A model generated the notes under the pieces. That model saw nothing but the letters and a program-made list of their open reading frames with translations, was not told the DNA's origin and did not search any database. A stretch of DNA of 58,594 bases from a virus (taxonomy: Duplodnaviria > Caudoviricetes). This document shows positions 46,837 to 56,680 of the stretch, piece after piece (the stretch's first letter is position 1; every line of letters begins with the position of its first letter). The translations under genes were made by a program, and so were the position numbers. The stretch is from IMG/VR virus record IMGVR_UViG_3300023174_000190, positions 1-58,594 of that record. One strand, 5' to 3'.

Positions 46837-47943
46837 TTAGTATTGTGCTCCTGCCGCAGATCTTCTCGATTTAACTAATGCTCCAACAGTTGTAAATGTA
46901 GTATCAGTAGCAAATTGAAATTTAAGTATTCTTGTACTATTTGTAGCTCCCCCCGGAGATGGATCTATTTGTCCACCTGCAATATATCCAGAAACTATAG
47001 AACTTATACCAGCACCATATACACCAGTTGTAGGCATTGTTCCTACATTTGATATTGCTTCTGTAGCAAATGGATATTTGTAAATATAGTCCATTCTATC
47101 TGGATTAGTTCCGCCACCACGAAGTCCGCCAAGATGATATCCACTTGTAGTTGAACTATGCCCAGTAGAATTTCGAGTACCTACTGGAACTGTTGTGAGC
47201 AATATCGTATTTCCAAATTCAGAAGCAAATGCAAATCTTTCAAAATTATTAAATCCTGCAGGAGTTGATCCGCCATAACTATATGCTCTAATTCCACTTG
47301 AAGAAGAAGAATTACTTGCAGTTATAGCAGACAAGTTTCCAATTAAAGTAGCATTTGTTGTTTCTGCTGTCAATGGGAATCTATCAATGTTTGAAATATT
47401 TTGTCCACCACCAGGCAATCTATTACTAAATCCTCCAAAGTTATACCCATAACTTTGATTCTGAGATGTTGCTTGATTATTTTCTTTATATGTGCTTAGT
47501 ACCCCAACGTTACTACCTACAGACCAAGGATTTGCAAATGGAAATCTTCCAATAGTGTCATATGTTGTATTGTCTGGCTGACTGTTTCCGCCAAGATTAT
47601 ATCCGTGTGTAGAAGATGATACTGCTGCGTTAATAATACGATATGCACCAATACCAGTATTGTCTGGATATAAAACTCCAGGTAATTGAGTAGCGTTTGT
47701 GTCTGTTGCAAATGGAAATCTTTCTACTGTTTGCGCTCCTGTTGCTAATGGAGAATTTGGTGTCGCACTTCCACCAAATGCATATCCAGCAACACTTCCT
47801 TGAGTACCAATAGTTCCTCTTCCCTGACCAGCAGAAATTTCTGGCGCATAAAAAGTTCCATGTTCAATCATGATTCCATTAGGAACAATTACGATATTCT
47901 TCGAACCTATCGTAATTCTATCTGAATTTATTGTTATTGCCAT
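46837..47943 (-). CDS. Kelch-like beta-propeller protein (paralogue 2)
   Basis: Six GY..GG...(E/D)RFPFA repeats. Confidence 0.72.
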   Translation of the reverse strand: MAITINSDRITIGSKNIVIVPNGIMIEHGTFYAPEISAGQGRGTIGTQGSVAGYAFGGSATPNSPLATGAQTVERFPFATDTNATQLPGVLYPDNTGIGAYRIINAAVSSSTHGYNLGGNSQPDNTTYDTIGRFPFANPWSVGSNVGVLSTYKENNQATSQNQSYGYNFGGFSNRLPGGGQNISNIDRFPLTAETTNATLIGNLSAITASNSSSSSGIRAYSYGGSTPAGFNNFERFAFASEFGNTILLTTVPVGTRNSTGHSSTTSGYHLGGLRGGGTNPDRMDYIYKYPFATEAISNVGTMPTTGVYGAGISSIVSGYIAGGQIDPSPGGATNSTRILKFQFATDTTFTTVGALVKSRRSAAGAQY

Positions 47944-47957
47944 GATTCTTTTTCTTT

Positions 47958-49112
47958 TTAGAAGTGATGACCAGAACCGTTTTGATGACTTGCTGTAGTA
48001 TCACCAATATATTGATGAGCAAGTTCTGCTGCAAATGGGAATTTCATGATCCAAGTTTGTGTAACTGGAGATGGACCACCTTCAGTTGCACCAGTAGCAT
48101 ATCCATATTCTGTAGATTGAAATGGTGATGCTGGTGTCCCTCTACCAAGAATTCCAGTAACTGGGTTTGATATATCTACATCTCCAACGAAATTATGAGT
48201 TGTGTCTGCAGCCCAAGTAAATTTGTATACAGATTTTTGCCACGGTGATCCTGAAGTGGAATATCCAGATGCAATAATTCCTGCAGTTGCAGTTTGATAT
48301 CCACTTCTTCCAAAATTACCGGATGCTGGAACATCTGTCCACGGATATGCCGACCAACTACCGCCACCACCAGTAAATGTTTGTGTTAAAGATATTCCAT
48401 TAAGTCCTTGACCAGAAAATGGAAATCTTAAAGTTGCGCCGGTAGTATAACTTGGTTGAGGAGAACCTGTCGTTCCTGCAATAAAATACCCATGAACTTG
48501 AGAACTAACCGCCCCACAATCTGCTCTTCCAGTGCTCATATACCCCACGGTAAATGCTGGTTGTTCAGTTACGAATTGAATTCTTTCCATTTCAGTTCTA
48601 GCCACTGAACCGGGCGGTCCAACATTAAACCCGGTACTATTAAATCCAATTTGTGAAGATGCATATACATGACTAGTTGTACTGACAGAGACCCCTCGTG
48701 ATAAATTTCCTATGTCAGACGCGCCAGCACTAGTGGTGAATGGAAATCTTTCAATTTTTGCAGAGCCTCCGATTGATCCATGATATCCGCCAAATGCATA
48801 TCCATGAGTTTTTGAAGACATTCCAGAATTGCGTCGTTGACTAATAGCTTGAACCATGTTACCAACTGACGTACTATTTTGTCCTCCAGCGGCAAATGGA
48901 ATTCTATCTATTACAGAAGTTGCATTTCCTGCTGTATTTGTTCCACCAGTTGTAAAACCAGCAATTGAACCTTGATTCAGCAAGTCTTCTGGTCTAAATG
49001 ATGTAATCGCACCATCAAAAGTAAATCCAGTAGTAGTTTCTTTTAATGTAAAAGTAGTTCCATTGTTGTCATCGACAAATTCAATGGAATCTTTTTTGAT
49101 TCTTATTGTCAT
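47958..49112 (-). CDS. Kelch-like beta-propeller protein (paralogue 3)
   Basis: Repeated GY/GF..GG...RFPF units. Confidence 0.72.
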   Translation of the reverse strand: MTIRIKKDSIEFVDDNNGTTFTLKETTTGFTFDGAITSFRPEDLLNQGSIAGFTTGGTNTAGNATSVIDRIPFAAGGQNSTSVGNMVQAISQRRNSGMSSKTHGYAFGGYHGSIGGSAKIERFPFTTSAGASDIGNLSRGVSVSTTSHVYASSQIGFNSTGFNVGPPGSVARTEMERIQFVTEQPAFTVGYMSTGRADCGAVSSQVHGYFIAGTTGSPQPSYTTGATLRFPFSGQGLNGISLTQTFTGGGGSWSAYPWTDVPASGNFGRSGYQTATAGIIASGYSTSGSPWQKSVYKFTWAADTTHNFVGDVDISNPVTGILGRGTPASPFQSTEYGYATGATEGGPSPVTQTWIMKFPFAAELAHQYIGDTTASHQNGSGHHF

Positions 49113-49244
49113 TTAAAGTTCTTCTAGTTTTTCTAAAAAGAGTTCGAATGCATATCTATCTTCCATTGCGACTTTTTTCAAAGCAATTGCTAGTTCATCT
49201 TCCGACAATTCTAAAATTCTTTTAGCAAGCATGATTTCTGGCAT
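49113..49244 (-). CDS. 43-aa hypothetical protein
   Basis: MPEIMLAKRILELSEDEL...; fills the gap between neighbours, with AAGG upstream. Confidence 0.55.
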   Translation of the reverse strand: MPEIMLAKRILELSEDELAIALKKVAMEDRYAFELFLEKLEEL

Positions 49245-49260
49245 AATATTATCGCCTTTA

Positions 49261-49608
49261 TTATGGATTATGCTGAGTATTAAAGCTAACAAAGTGGTCA
49301 TACCACTCTTCAGCATTAGTTACTACTTCAGCTTCAGTTAAATCTGGAGCAACAACGCCGTTAATTTGATCCATAATGTTTAATGGTCCTTTGATTGGAC
49401 TAACTGCATGAATTGCCAATTGTCTTGCAACAAATTGTTCTTTTGTCAAATAAACAATGGTGTCTGGAACATAGTAATCGCGAGTATCAGCAACCCAGCC
49501 AACCCATGAGTTATCTGATGGATTAAACCAATGTCCACGATCACCAACAAACTCTGGAACTTTTCTTCCAGCACCTTCTTTGACTAGCATGTATTCGATT
49601 ACTGCCAT
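49261..49608 (-). CDS. Hypothetical protein
   Basis: Intact ORF with SD GGAAG in the operon; a TATAAATA lies at 49649-49656 upstream. Confidence 0.7.
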   Translation of the reverse strand: MAVIEYMLVKEGAGRKVPEFVGDRGHWFNPSDNSWVGWVADTRDYYVPDTIVYLTKEQFVARQLAIHAVSPIKGPLNIMDQINGVVAPDLTEAEVVTNAEEWYDHFVSFNTQHNP

Positions 49609-49610
49609 TT

Positions 49611-50561
49611 TTATTCTTCCTTATTGTTGTTAGATAACAGTGCTACTTTATTTATATAAGAGTAATCCGCAACTGGTTCAGGATTGAATCCTTGCAGCTC
49701 CATTCTCTTATGGTCAACTTTATAAACGTCAGCCAACTCATCAGTAAGTTTATCAACGAATTCATATAATCCACTAACACTCCAATTGTCTTCTTCAGCT
49801 TCTGATGCAACATACTTCTGCAACAAGCCTTGAAGTTTCATTGGATTTACACCAATCTGTTCAATGTATTCTTGTTCACCTTTAGAGATTGCACCACGCT
49901 CTCTTACGTCACGAATACATTGAACTAATGATCTTTGAAGATGTGATTTAGTTTCCTCTTTTTCAACATCATGCTCAGAAAATCCTGTAACTTTTGCTTT
50001 TAATTGTTCGTATAAGTCATTGAGTGCTAGAACGTCTTTCATTGCACCTTCAATGTATAAAGTTCCAGTTGATGCACCTTCTTTCATCTTTGCAAGTTTG
50101 ATTTTCAAATCAACTTCGCGCCAATAATCAATAGTACCTTCTTCTAAACCTCTATTGAGTTCTTCTTCAATCTTACGCATCTTCATTTCACTTTCTACTT
50201 GACGCCATTTAGCTTCGCTAAGAGCAGCTTTCTTTGAAGCCATTTCTGCAGCGACTTGACGCATGTTTCGAATTGGTGAATGATACGAAAGATTTAAGTG
50301 TCTCCAAGTCCACTGAGTGTGACTATGGTTCCAAATGCTTTGTAGTTCTTCTACGTTAGCTAATGCTTGATCGACTTTAGCACTATTTTCATTCAATGTG
50401 CTTCCGCCAAAACTATCTTTATCGCCAATCAATCCTCTACCAAAAACGTAGCTTAGAGGAACATTAATTTTTGTAGCGCCAGTCGTTAAATCTCTACGAA
50501 TAGATTCGTAAATTGCAACTTCACCACCTGTTGACGATTTTTCAATTGAGTTCTTTTCCAT
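49611..50561 (-). CDS. Coiled-coil hypothetical protein
   Basis: Start moved to MEKNS (SD AGGAG). Helical; WNHSHTQW and QCIRDVR..G.I.KGEQEY motifs. Confidence 0.7.
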   Translation of the reverse strand: MEKNSIEKSSTGGEVAIYESIRRDLTTGATKINVPLSYVFGRGLIGDKDSFGGSTLNENSAKVDQALANVEELQSIWNHSHTQWTWRHLNLSYHSPIRNMRQVAAEMASKKAALSEAKWRQVESEMKMRKIEEELNRGLEEGTIDYWREVDLKIKLAKMKEGASTGTLYIEGAMKDVLALNDLYEQLKAKVTGFSEHDVEKEETKSHLQRSLVQCIRDVRERGAISKGEQEYIEQIGVNPMKLQGLLQKYVASEAEEDNWSVSGLYEFVDKLTDELADVYKVDHKRMELQGFNPEPVADYSYINKVALLSNNNKEE

Positions 50562-50562
50562 A

Positions 50563-51837
50563 TTATTTAAATCTCCTGTATCCATGAATCCATATCACTA
50601 ATGCAAATCTATCACCTTTTGTGATAGGCGTAACTTTGTGTAACATAAAACTCGGAAACAAATGAACAGATCCCTGTTCTTTAGTTCCCGTTACTTGTAC
50701 TCCATGATTATTTATAATCAATTCGCAGCCTTCATAGTCATTTTCGTCACTCAGTTGTGCAGTAAATGAAATTTTTCTTGTAGCAGCATTGCCTGGACCA
50801 GCATCAACGTGCCAATCATAGTGTCCTGGAATTTCATCTTTTGATTTATAATGAATCAATTGAATACCATGTAAAATACCACTAATATCAAAATCAAAAT
50901 GAATCGTATTTGCAATAGAAACAATTCTTGCAATCTTATCATGAATCCACGCATTTTGTTCACTATACTCTACATTATAAATTTCTGCAGAACGAACTTT
51001 TGCGTTAACTGCAGATTCTACAGTTCCAATAGAAGCATCATTTCCATAAGATTTTCTAGACAATGAAATGATTTTTTCACATTCTTCTTTTGTAAATCTC
51101 AATTCTGGGAAAATACCTTTATCAATGCACATATATCCTGGATAATGTTCGTCCGGATTTGGAATGATTACGCCGTGATGAATTGGACGACCAAAACGTC
51201 TATTTGGATCTAAACGAATCACACCATCTTCATGTCGAATTACGCCAGAATCTTGAGTGTTGTTTTGAACGTTTCCGCCCTTTAAAGTTCCAAAATTATC
51301 ACGACCATCTTTATAATGATCTTTGTATGGACCATTTGCATCTACATAATGCATGAACAATTGAACGTGCCATTGACCTTTGAATTCATTTCTCCAATGT
51401 TCAATATCACATCCTTTGTAAACAGCAAGTTCGCCGACATCCAATTCGACAACTCTGCGCTTTTCATCGTCAAAAAGAATTGGCCAAATCGGAGGCGAAT
51501 CAAATCCTAATGTCATTGTAGCACTAATTTCGCAAGCTGGTCGATCCTTATGCTTCTTTAAAACTTCTCCTGGTCTATAAATTCTTGCGTATGTATAAGT
51601 TGGAAGCAATTGTTTGCCAACTTGCTTACCAATTGGTGTAGCAAATTTTTGAAGAAGATCATCAAAAATAGGATCACCGTAAACAGCGTCAGAAAGTGGA
51701 CATTGTTCATCTTTAGTCGTTTTGCCTTGTTTTTGCAAATCGAACATGTGATCGGTTAATTTTTTACACTCTTCTTTTGATAATGCGCCACTTAAAACAA
51801 CATAACCATTTTTTTCAAAAAACTCAATAGTATCCAT
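50563..51837 (-). CDS. Tandem two-domain 2OG-Fe(II) oxygenase
   Basis: Domain 1: YARIY, HKDR..CEIS, HWR. Domain 2: YDWHVD, RKIS, FPSFMLHKVTPITKGDR. Confidence 0.88.
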   Translation of the reverse strand: MDTIEFFEKNGYVVLSGALSKEECKKLTDHMFDLQKQGKTTKDEQCPLSDAVYGDPIFDDLLQKFATPIGKQVGKQLLPTYTYARIYRPGEVLKKHKDRPACEISATMTLGFDSPPIWPILFDDEKRRVVELDVGELAVYKGCDIEHWRNEFKGQWHVQLFMHYVDANGPYKDHYKDGRDNFGTLKGGNVQNNTQDSGVIRHEDGVIRLDPNRRFGRPIHHGVIIPNPDEHYPGYMCIDKGIFPELRFTKEECEKIISLSRKSYGNDASIGTVESAVNAKVRSAEIYNVEYSEQNAWIHDKIARIVSIANTIHFDFDISGILHGIQLIHYKSKDEIPGHYDWHVDAGPGNAATRKISFTAQLSDENDYEGCELIINNHGVQVTGTKEQGSVHLFPSFMLHKVTPITKGDRFALVIWIHGYRRFK

Positions 51838-51854
51838 TTTTTAACCTCTTTTCA

Positions 51855-52454
51855 TTATAATTTAAAAGCGTTAGGAATAAAGTTTACTACAGTCAATGGA
51901 GTAAACCATCCAGTAGCAATCATTTTTTCAGTAGTAGGTGACGGAAGTCCACGATGTAGATGAGTCCATCCAGCAGGCCATACTAAAGTCAATCCTTTTT
52001 CTGGCTTGATCTTTAATTTATAAAACATAAATTCAGTCTCTCCGCCAGTGTGAACATCATTTAGAAATGTCATCCAAACGAGTTCGCGAAATGCATTTCT
52101 ATCTTCATACCCGCGATCAGCATGAATTAAATGATATGCACCTTTTAATGGATACTTCTGAATGTTCATATGTTCAATCATAGCTAATTCGGGAACGAAA
52201 GATTCTAAATTATAATATGCAAAATAGTCTGAAACTATTTGCATAATTTCATCTTGCAATAGTAGACAATGATTTGGTGGCAATGAAATATCTAAAGAAT
52301 CTTTTTTAGTTTTATCGACACCAGTACCAGTTGTTCCTGGTCTAGGACGTAAAGTTTTAAAAGTTTGTATAGCTTGCTCCACAGCAAGATCAGAAACTTT
52401 GCTTTGTGTAATGAAGGTTGTTAGACCTTGATATTCAATTGGATGTAAGTTCAT
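51855..52454 (-). CDS. 2OG-Fe(II) oxygenase (prolyl-4-hydroxylase-like)
   Basis: Start probably MNLHPIE. NIQKY, HAD, FLNDV..GGETEF, WPAGWTHLHRG and K..ATGW motifs. Confidence 0.9.
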   Translation of the reverse strand: MNLHPIEYQGLTTFITQSKVSDLAVEQAIQTFKTLRPRPGTTGTGVDKTKKDSLDISLPPNHCLLLQDEIMQIVSDYFAYYNLESFVPELAMIEHMNIQKYPLKGAYHLIHADRGYEDRNAFRELVWMTFLNDVHTGGETEFMFYKLKIKPEKGLTLVWPAGWTHLHRGLPSPTTEKMIATGWFTPLTVVNFIPNAFKL

Positions 52455-53271
52455 TTGGATAAAATCCTCTATAAAACCACTCAAAATTTTTCATAACATT
52501 AGTATGAAAATCTTCAGGTAAAGTTCTTTTTGGTTTAGAATAAGTTTGAAAAACTGGGTTTGTCACATGATCAGTTTTCTCTCTAAAGTATGCATGATCA
52601 TGTTCTACAATAAATGATTGTTGAATGTTGTCTAAATCGTGTTCGAACCAATCTTGTTCTAAGAAATTATATAGTTGCTTCAACATATAGATTGGTTCCA
52701 TTGTGAAATCTTCGTATCTAAGAAAAAACACTTTACTTCTATCTTTTTTAAAGACTTCCATCAATCTAGGAATTTCGCTTTGAATCGCAATAGAGACTGA
52801 GTTTGTTTCTTGAAAATAATATTTATATTTTTCAGCATCATGCATTGCTGTGGTCATACTCATATCATCACTAAATGAATGTAATGCTAAAGTTTTTTCA
52901 CCAACTCTTTCAAAACTTTCAACAACATCTCTTAAATCTCTAACCATGCATATGTATTTTGATTTTGGAAATAGATGAAATAGATTAGACCATGCTCTAT
53001 TTTTTGAAATTACAAAAGGTTTATCTGTGAGACCTTCAAACCATCCTTTAGCTGCTCCATGTATTGCTCCATACATTGCTTTATCAGCTTGCTCTACAGA
53101 CATTGCTTGAAATTGTTCTCTATATCTAGACTTGATAAGCATATGCTCATGCAAAAGCCCATACAACGCACATGTGGATGTTGTGAAGATTTTGGGATTT
53201 TGTTGTAGAATATTCATTAACACGGTGCTTCCTGATCTTGGAAGCCCGCCACAAAAATGTAATTGATTCAT
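52435..53271 (-). CDS. PAPS-dependent sulfotransferase
   Basis: 5'-PSB loop GLPRSGST, 3'-PB motif VRDLRDVVES, and LRYEDF. Confidence 0.9.
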   Translation of the reverse strand: MNQLHFCGGLPRSGSTVLMNILQQNPKIFTTSTCALYGLLHEHMLIKSRYREQFQAMSVEQADKAMYGAIHGAAKGWFEGLTDKPFVISKNRAWSNLFHLFPKSKYICMVRDLRDVVESFERVGEKTLALHSFSDDMSMTTAMHDAEKYKYYFQETNSVSIAIQSEIPRLMEVFKKDRSKVFFLRYEDFTMEPIYMLKQLYNFLEQDWFEHDLDNIQQSFIVEHDHAYFREKTDHVTNPVFQTYSKPKRTLPEDFHTNVMKNFEWFYRGFYPNELTSN

Positions 53272-53326
53272 ACCACCTCATTTTATATTCATCAGATATA
53301 CATTATATATGAAAGAATTTTAAATG

Positions 53327-54427
53327 TCAATCTTGAGTATTTGTATGTCCGTAAGTCGGAGTTGTCAAATTCCCAACAGAGAATGCTGAAGTCTCAGATG
53401 AGAATGGATACTTTGTAATTGTTGAAACATAAACCGCTGGTGGTGCGTATGTTGTTGCTCCACCAGCAATGTAAAAATGAGATGATGATGTTGATGAAGT
53501 CGGTCCAAGTTCTGATATAGCTGTAGCTAAATTTCCCAAACTTGTTGCATTGGTATCTGTCGCAAATGGAAATCTTTCAACTGAAGATGCCACTGTTCCA
53601 GGAATTGTAGTAACACCACCAAAAACATATCCACTAACTGTACTTCCGCCGCCACTAACACTTGTTCTTCCTGTTGCTAAGTATCCACCCAATGTTGCAT
53701 TTGCATTTGATGCAAAAGGAGCATTGCGTATTTGACCATTCGCATATGTAGAATTATCGCTTGTAGAATAAGTCCCTCCAGCAACATATCCTTTTGCTGG
53801 ACTACTTATTGCTGCGCCTTTTACTCTATTTGCCATTCCATACCCAATGTCATAAGCACTGGTACTTCCGTATGTATGAGAAAAAGCAAATCTATGTAGT
53901 CCACTATACTTTTGCGAAAACAAAGGAGATGCTGTTGCCGAATTACTTCTCCATCCACCAGAAATGAATCCATATGTTGGAGATGATAATCCAGCACTAT
54001 CTGAAAAATATGCCCTATTAAACGTTGGATTCCCAAAATTTGAAAGTGTAATACCAACGTTAAAAGAAGTTGCTGGTAAAGCAGTTGCAAATGGAAATTG
54101 CTCAATGACTTCAAATTGAGATGGGCCGTTATATCCGTTAGCTGTAAATGATGCCGTTGCTGATGAATGTCCTGACATATCGCGACGAGCATAATTTAAA
54201 TTTCCAATACTTGTTGCGTTAGTGTCTGTTGCAAATGGATACTTTTCAACTTTAGAGGTATATGATGGTACAGTTTGTCCGCCACTTGTATATGCAGCTA
54301 CGGTCCCAACTGCTGGAGGAGCAGTCAAAACTTCAATAACTCCTGTGTCTTGTGTCACATTGAATTGTGCCAAAGACATAGTTCTGGTAGCTGAAATAAG
54401 TGTATTACCTGATCTTTGAAATGCCAT
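53327..54427 (-). CDS. Kelch-like beta-propeller protein (paralogue 4)
   Basis: Six repeats of the KYPFATDTNAT / RFPFATDTNAT type. Confidence 0.72.
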   Translation of the reverse strand: MAFQRSGNTLISATRTMSLAQFNVTQDTGVIEVLTAPPAVGTVAAYTSGGQTVPSYTSKVEKYPFATDTNATSIGNLNYARRDMSGHSSATASFTANGYNGPSQFEVIEQFPFATALPATSFNVGITLSNFGNPTFNRAYFSDSAGLSSPTYGFISGGWRSNSATASPLFSQKYSGLHRFAFSHTYGSTSAYDIGYGMANRVKGAAISSPAKGYVAGGTYSTSDNSTYANGQIRNAPFASNANATLGGYLATGRTSVSGGGSTVSGYVFGGVTTIPGTVASSVERFPFATDTNATSLGNLATAISELGPTSSTSSSHFYIAGGATTYAPPAVYVSTITKYPFSSETSAFSVGNLTTPTYGHTNTQD

Positions 54428-54452
54428 TTTTAGTCTTTATATTTTAAAAAGG

Positions 54453-55520
54453 TTAATCCATGAAACATGCAGAGCCGTAACCACCAATAGTCTGATTTCC
54501 AACGTTAGTTGCGTTTCCATCGGAAGCAAAAGAAAATTTAGAATATCTTCTTTCGTGAGGAAAAGCTGCTGGGCTTGGGACTGGTGTTGCTCCACCATAA
54601 CCAGAACATCTATATCCGTATGTTGTACCACTATGACAATTGTTTGTTACAAATCCTGGAGTAAAGTCTAAATCTCCAACAAGTGTTCCAGTTGTTCCGG
54701 GTGTTGCAGCGAATGGAAATTTAGTTATTTTAGTTGTAGCGACTCCTGGAGTACCAGTATTATAACCAGCAACATATCCATGTGTTACCGATGATATTCC
54801 GTGTGGATTTCCGTTTGATGTTTGAAATAAATTTCCAATAGTAGTTGTTGGAGTTGTGCTTGCAAATGGAAATTTATCAACAGTACTAACTGCTGTGTAA
54901 CTAGTTTGTATAGCAGATCCACCCATAACAAATCCATTTCCTCCAGACTGATCACTAGCACCACAAGCGAATTCTTTAGCACTACCTAAAGATCCAGTGT
55001 TGATTCCGTTCGTATCGGACAAAAGTGAAAATCTAGTCATATCAGTTACTGTAGCTGCATTACCAGGATCTCTTCCTCCAGACATATATCCATGATCTTT
55101 AGAATTTCCTTGTGCAGCATAATGCTGTGTATTTGGTGCATTGAGTCTATAATTATCAGCTAGAGACCAAATAGAATCACTTGCAAATGAAACTTTAGCA
55201 ATTGCCGCACCATATTGCGGAACATGAAATCCATTAGTTGTTGACGAATACCCCGAGGATCGTCCAGAAAAAGATTCAAGTGACGCTCCAGCAGTTACAA
55301 AATTACTATCTGTAGCAAATGGGAATTTTTCATAAACCTGTGTTTGACCATAATTTGGACCAGGATTTCCTGAAGAGTATCCAGAAATAGTTCCACCATA
55401 ACCGTCTAGTGCAGCTGTGAAAACTAATGCGCCGCCTTGAATGCTAATGTTACTAAAAACCGTATTAGCATCAGTAGTGTCATCTGCAATAACTGTATTT
55501 CCTGATTGTAAGAATGCCAT
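54453..55520 (-). CDS. Kelch-like beta-propeller protein (paralogue 5)
   Basis: Repeated HGY..GG...KFPFA units. Confidence 0.72.
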   Translation of the reverse strand: MAFLQSGNTVIADDTTDANTVFSNISIQGGALVFTAALDGYGGTISGYSSGNPGPNYGQTQVYEKFPFATDSNFVTAGASLESFSGRSSGYSSTTNGFHVPQYGAAIAKVSFASDSIWSLADNYRLNAPNTQHYAAQGNSKDHGYMSGGRDPGNAATVTDMTRFSLLSDTNGINTGSLGSAKEFACGASDQSGGNGFVMGGSAIQTSYTAVSTVDKFPFASTTPTTTIGNLFQTSNGNPHGISSVTHGYVAGYNTGTPGVATTKITKFPFAATPGTTGTLVGDLDFTPGFVTNNCHSGTTYGYRCSGYGGATPVPSPAAFPHERRYSKFSFASDGNATNVGNQTIGGYGSACFMD

Positions 55521-55558
55521 GGTTCTATTACTTTATAGATTGAATGTTAAATGAGATT

Positions 55559-56662
55559 TCATATTTGATGGCCGCCAGTCAAATTGTTTCTTGGAATTAC
55601 TAAATTTCCAATATTAGAAGAATTTGTATCATTTACAAATGAATATTTGTCGATAATTCCAACTGAAGTTACTGCTGGGAATGCTTTTCCTCCAGCAGTA
55701 TATCCATTCGTAGTAGAAGAAGCATCACCTCCACCATATCTACCAGACGTTAAAACTGCGCTTTGTACTGTTGCATTGGTGTCTGATGCAAATGGAAACT
55801 TTGAAATCCCTGTTGTAGATGTCGACCAACTATTTGTTGTCGAACCTGCAACAACATATCCAGAAGTTGGAGAAGATCCTCCAAATGGTCTTGATCTAAC
55901 TGCAGCTAAATTTCCAATTGTGGTTGCATTAGTATCAGTTGCAAATGGGAATTTATCAATTTTAGTTTTATAATATGGAGCTGGATTTGAATCGAACGGA
56001 GTTGGCGCTAGTGCATATCCACCAGAGACATAACCACTTGTAGTAGATGATTGTCCAGATGCTGCATATACTGGAGCAGTTAGATTTCCTACTGGGAGTG
56101 AGTCTGCATCAGATGAGAACGCATATTTGTAAATTCTATTTACTGATTGATGCCAAGCACCACCAGAACTATATCCATATCCATAAGGAATTGAAGATTG
56201 TCCAACACCAACGTGTAAGTTTGGTTGACCAGTTATAGGAGATGTGTTTGGATAAGTAGCAAATCTTCCGACTGTTGTCGCTTTAACACCATAATCAACT
56301 GCAAACGGAAACTTTTGAATTGTCGCAACATATTGAGTAAATCCACCAGCCTGATATCCATTAGTAGCAGATGAACTCAATTGTCCATCTCTACTTCTCA
56401 TTTGCATATCGCCGATGATTGATGCATTCCCATCATTTACGAATGAAAATCTTTCAATAGTTGATACAGTTCCTCCAGGTATAGGATCTGAATATCCTAC
56501 GCCAATATACCCATAGCGTGTGCCTTGAAATATATTCCCGGCAGCAGTCGTATAGAAGTTTTGACCAATGTAGATTCTACTATTAGCAGTAACGGTTAAT
56601 GATGTAAATGCTCCGTTGCCAGAATCATTGATAATTGTATTGCCGTTTTCTAAAAATGCCAT
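55559..56662 (-). CDS. Kelch-like beta-propeller protein (paralogue 6)
   Basis: Repeated SS.T.GY..GG...KFPFAxDxN units. Confidence 0.72.
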   Translation of the reverse strand: MAFLENGNTIINDSGNGAFTSLTVTANSRIYIGQNFYTTAAGNIFQGTRYGYIGVGYSDPIPGGTVSTIERFSFVNDGNASIIGDMQMRSRDGQLSSSATNGYQAGGFTQYVATIQKFPFAVDYGVKATTVGRFATYPNTSPITGQPNLHVGVGQSSIPYGYGYSSGGAWHQSVNRIYKYAFSSDADSLPVGNLTAPVYAASGQSSTTSGYVSGGYALAPTPFDSNPAPYYKTKIDKFPFATDTNATTIGNLAAVRSRPFGGSSPTSGYVVAGSTTNSWSTSTTGISKFPFASDTNATVQSAVLTSGRYGGGDASSTTNGYTAGGKAFPAVTSVGIIDKYSFVNDTNSSNIGNLVIPRNNLTGGHQI

Positions 56663-56680
56663 TTTAGTTTTCTTCTAAAA

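Noticed and set aside
586-56238. Many short plus-strand and alternative-frame ORFs in the track
   Set aside because: They lie within well-supported minus-strand genes and lack motifs; they are expected shadow ORFs.
45762-56662. Diversity-generating retroelement or invertible cassette behind the propeller paralogues
   Set aside because: No reverse transcriptase or invertase is present, and I saw no near-identical template/variable repeat pair. The paralogues are diverged along their whole length.
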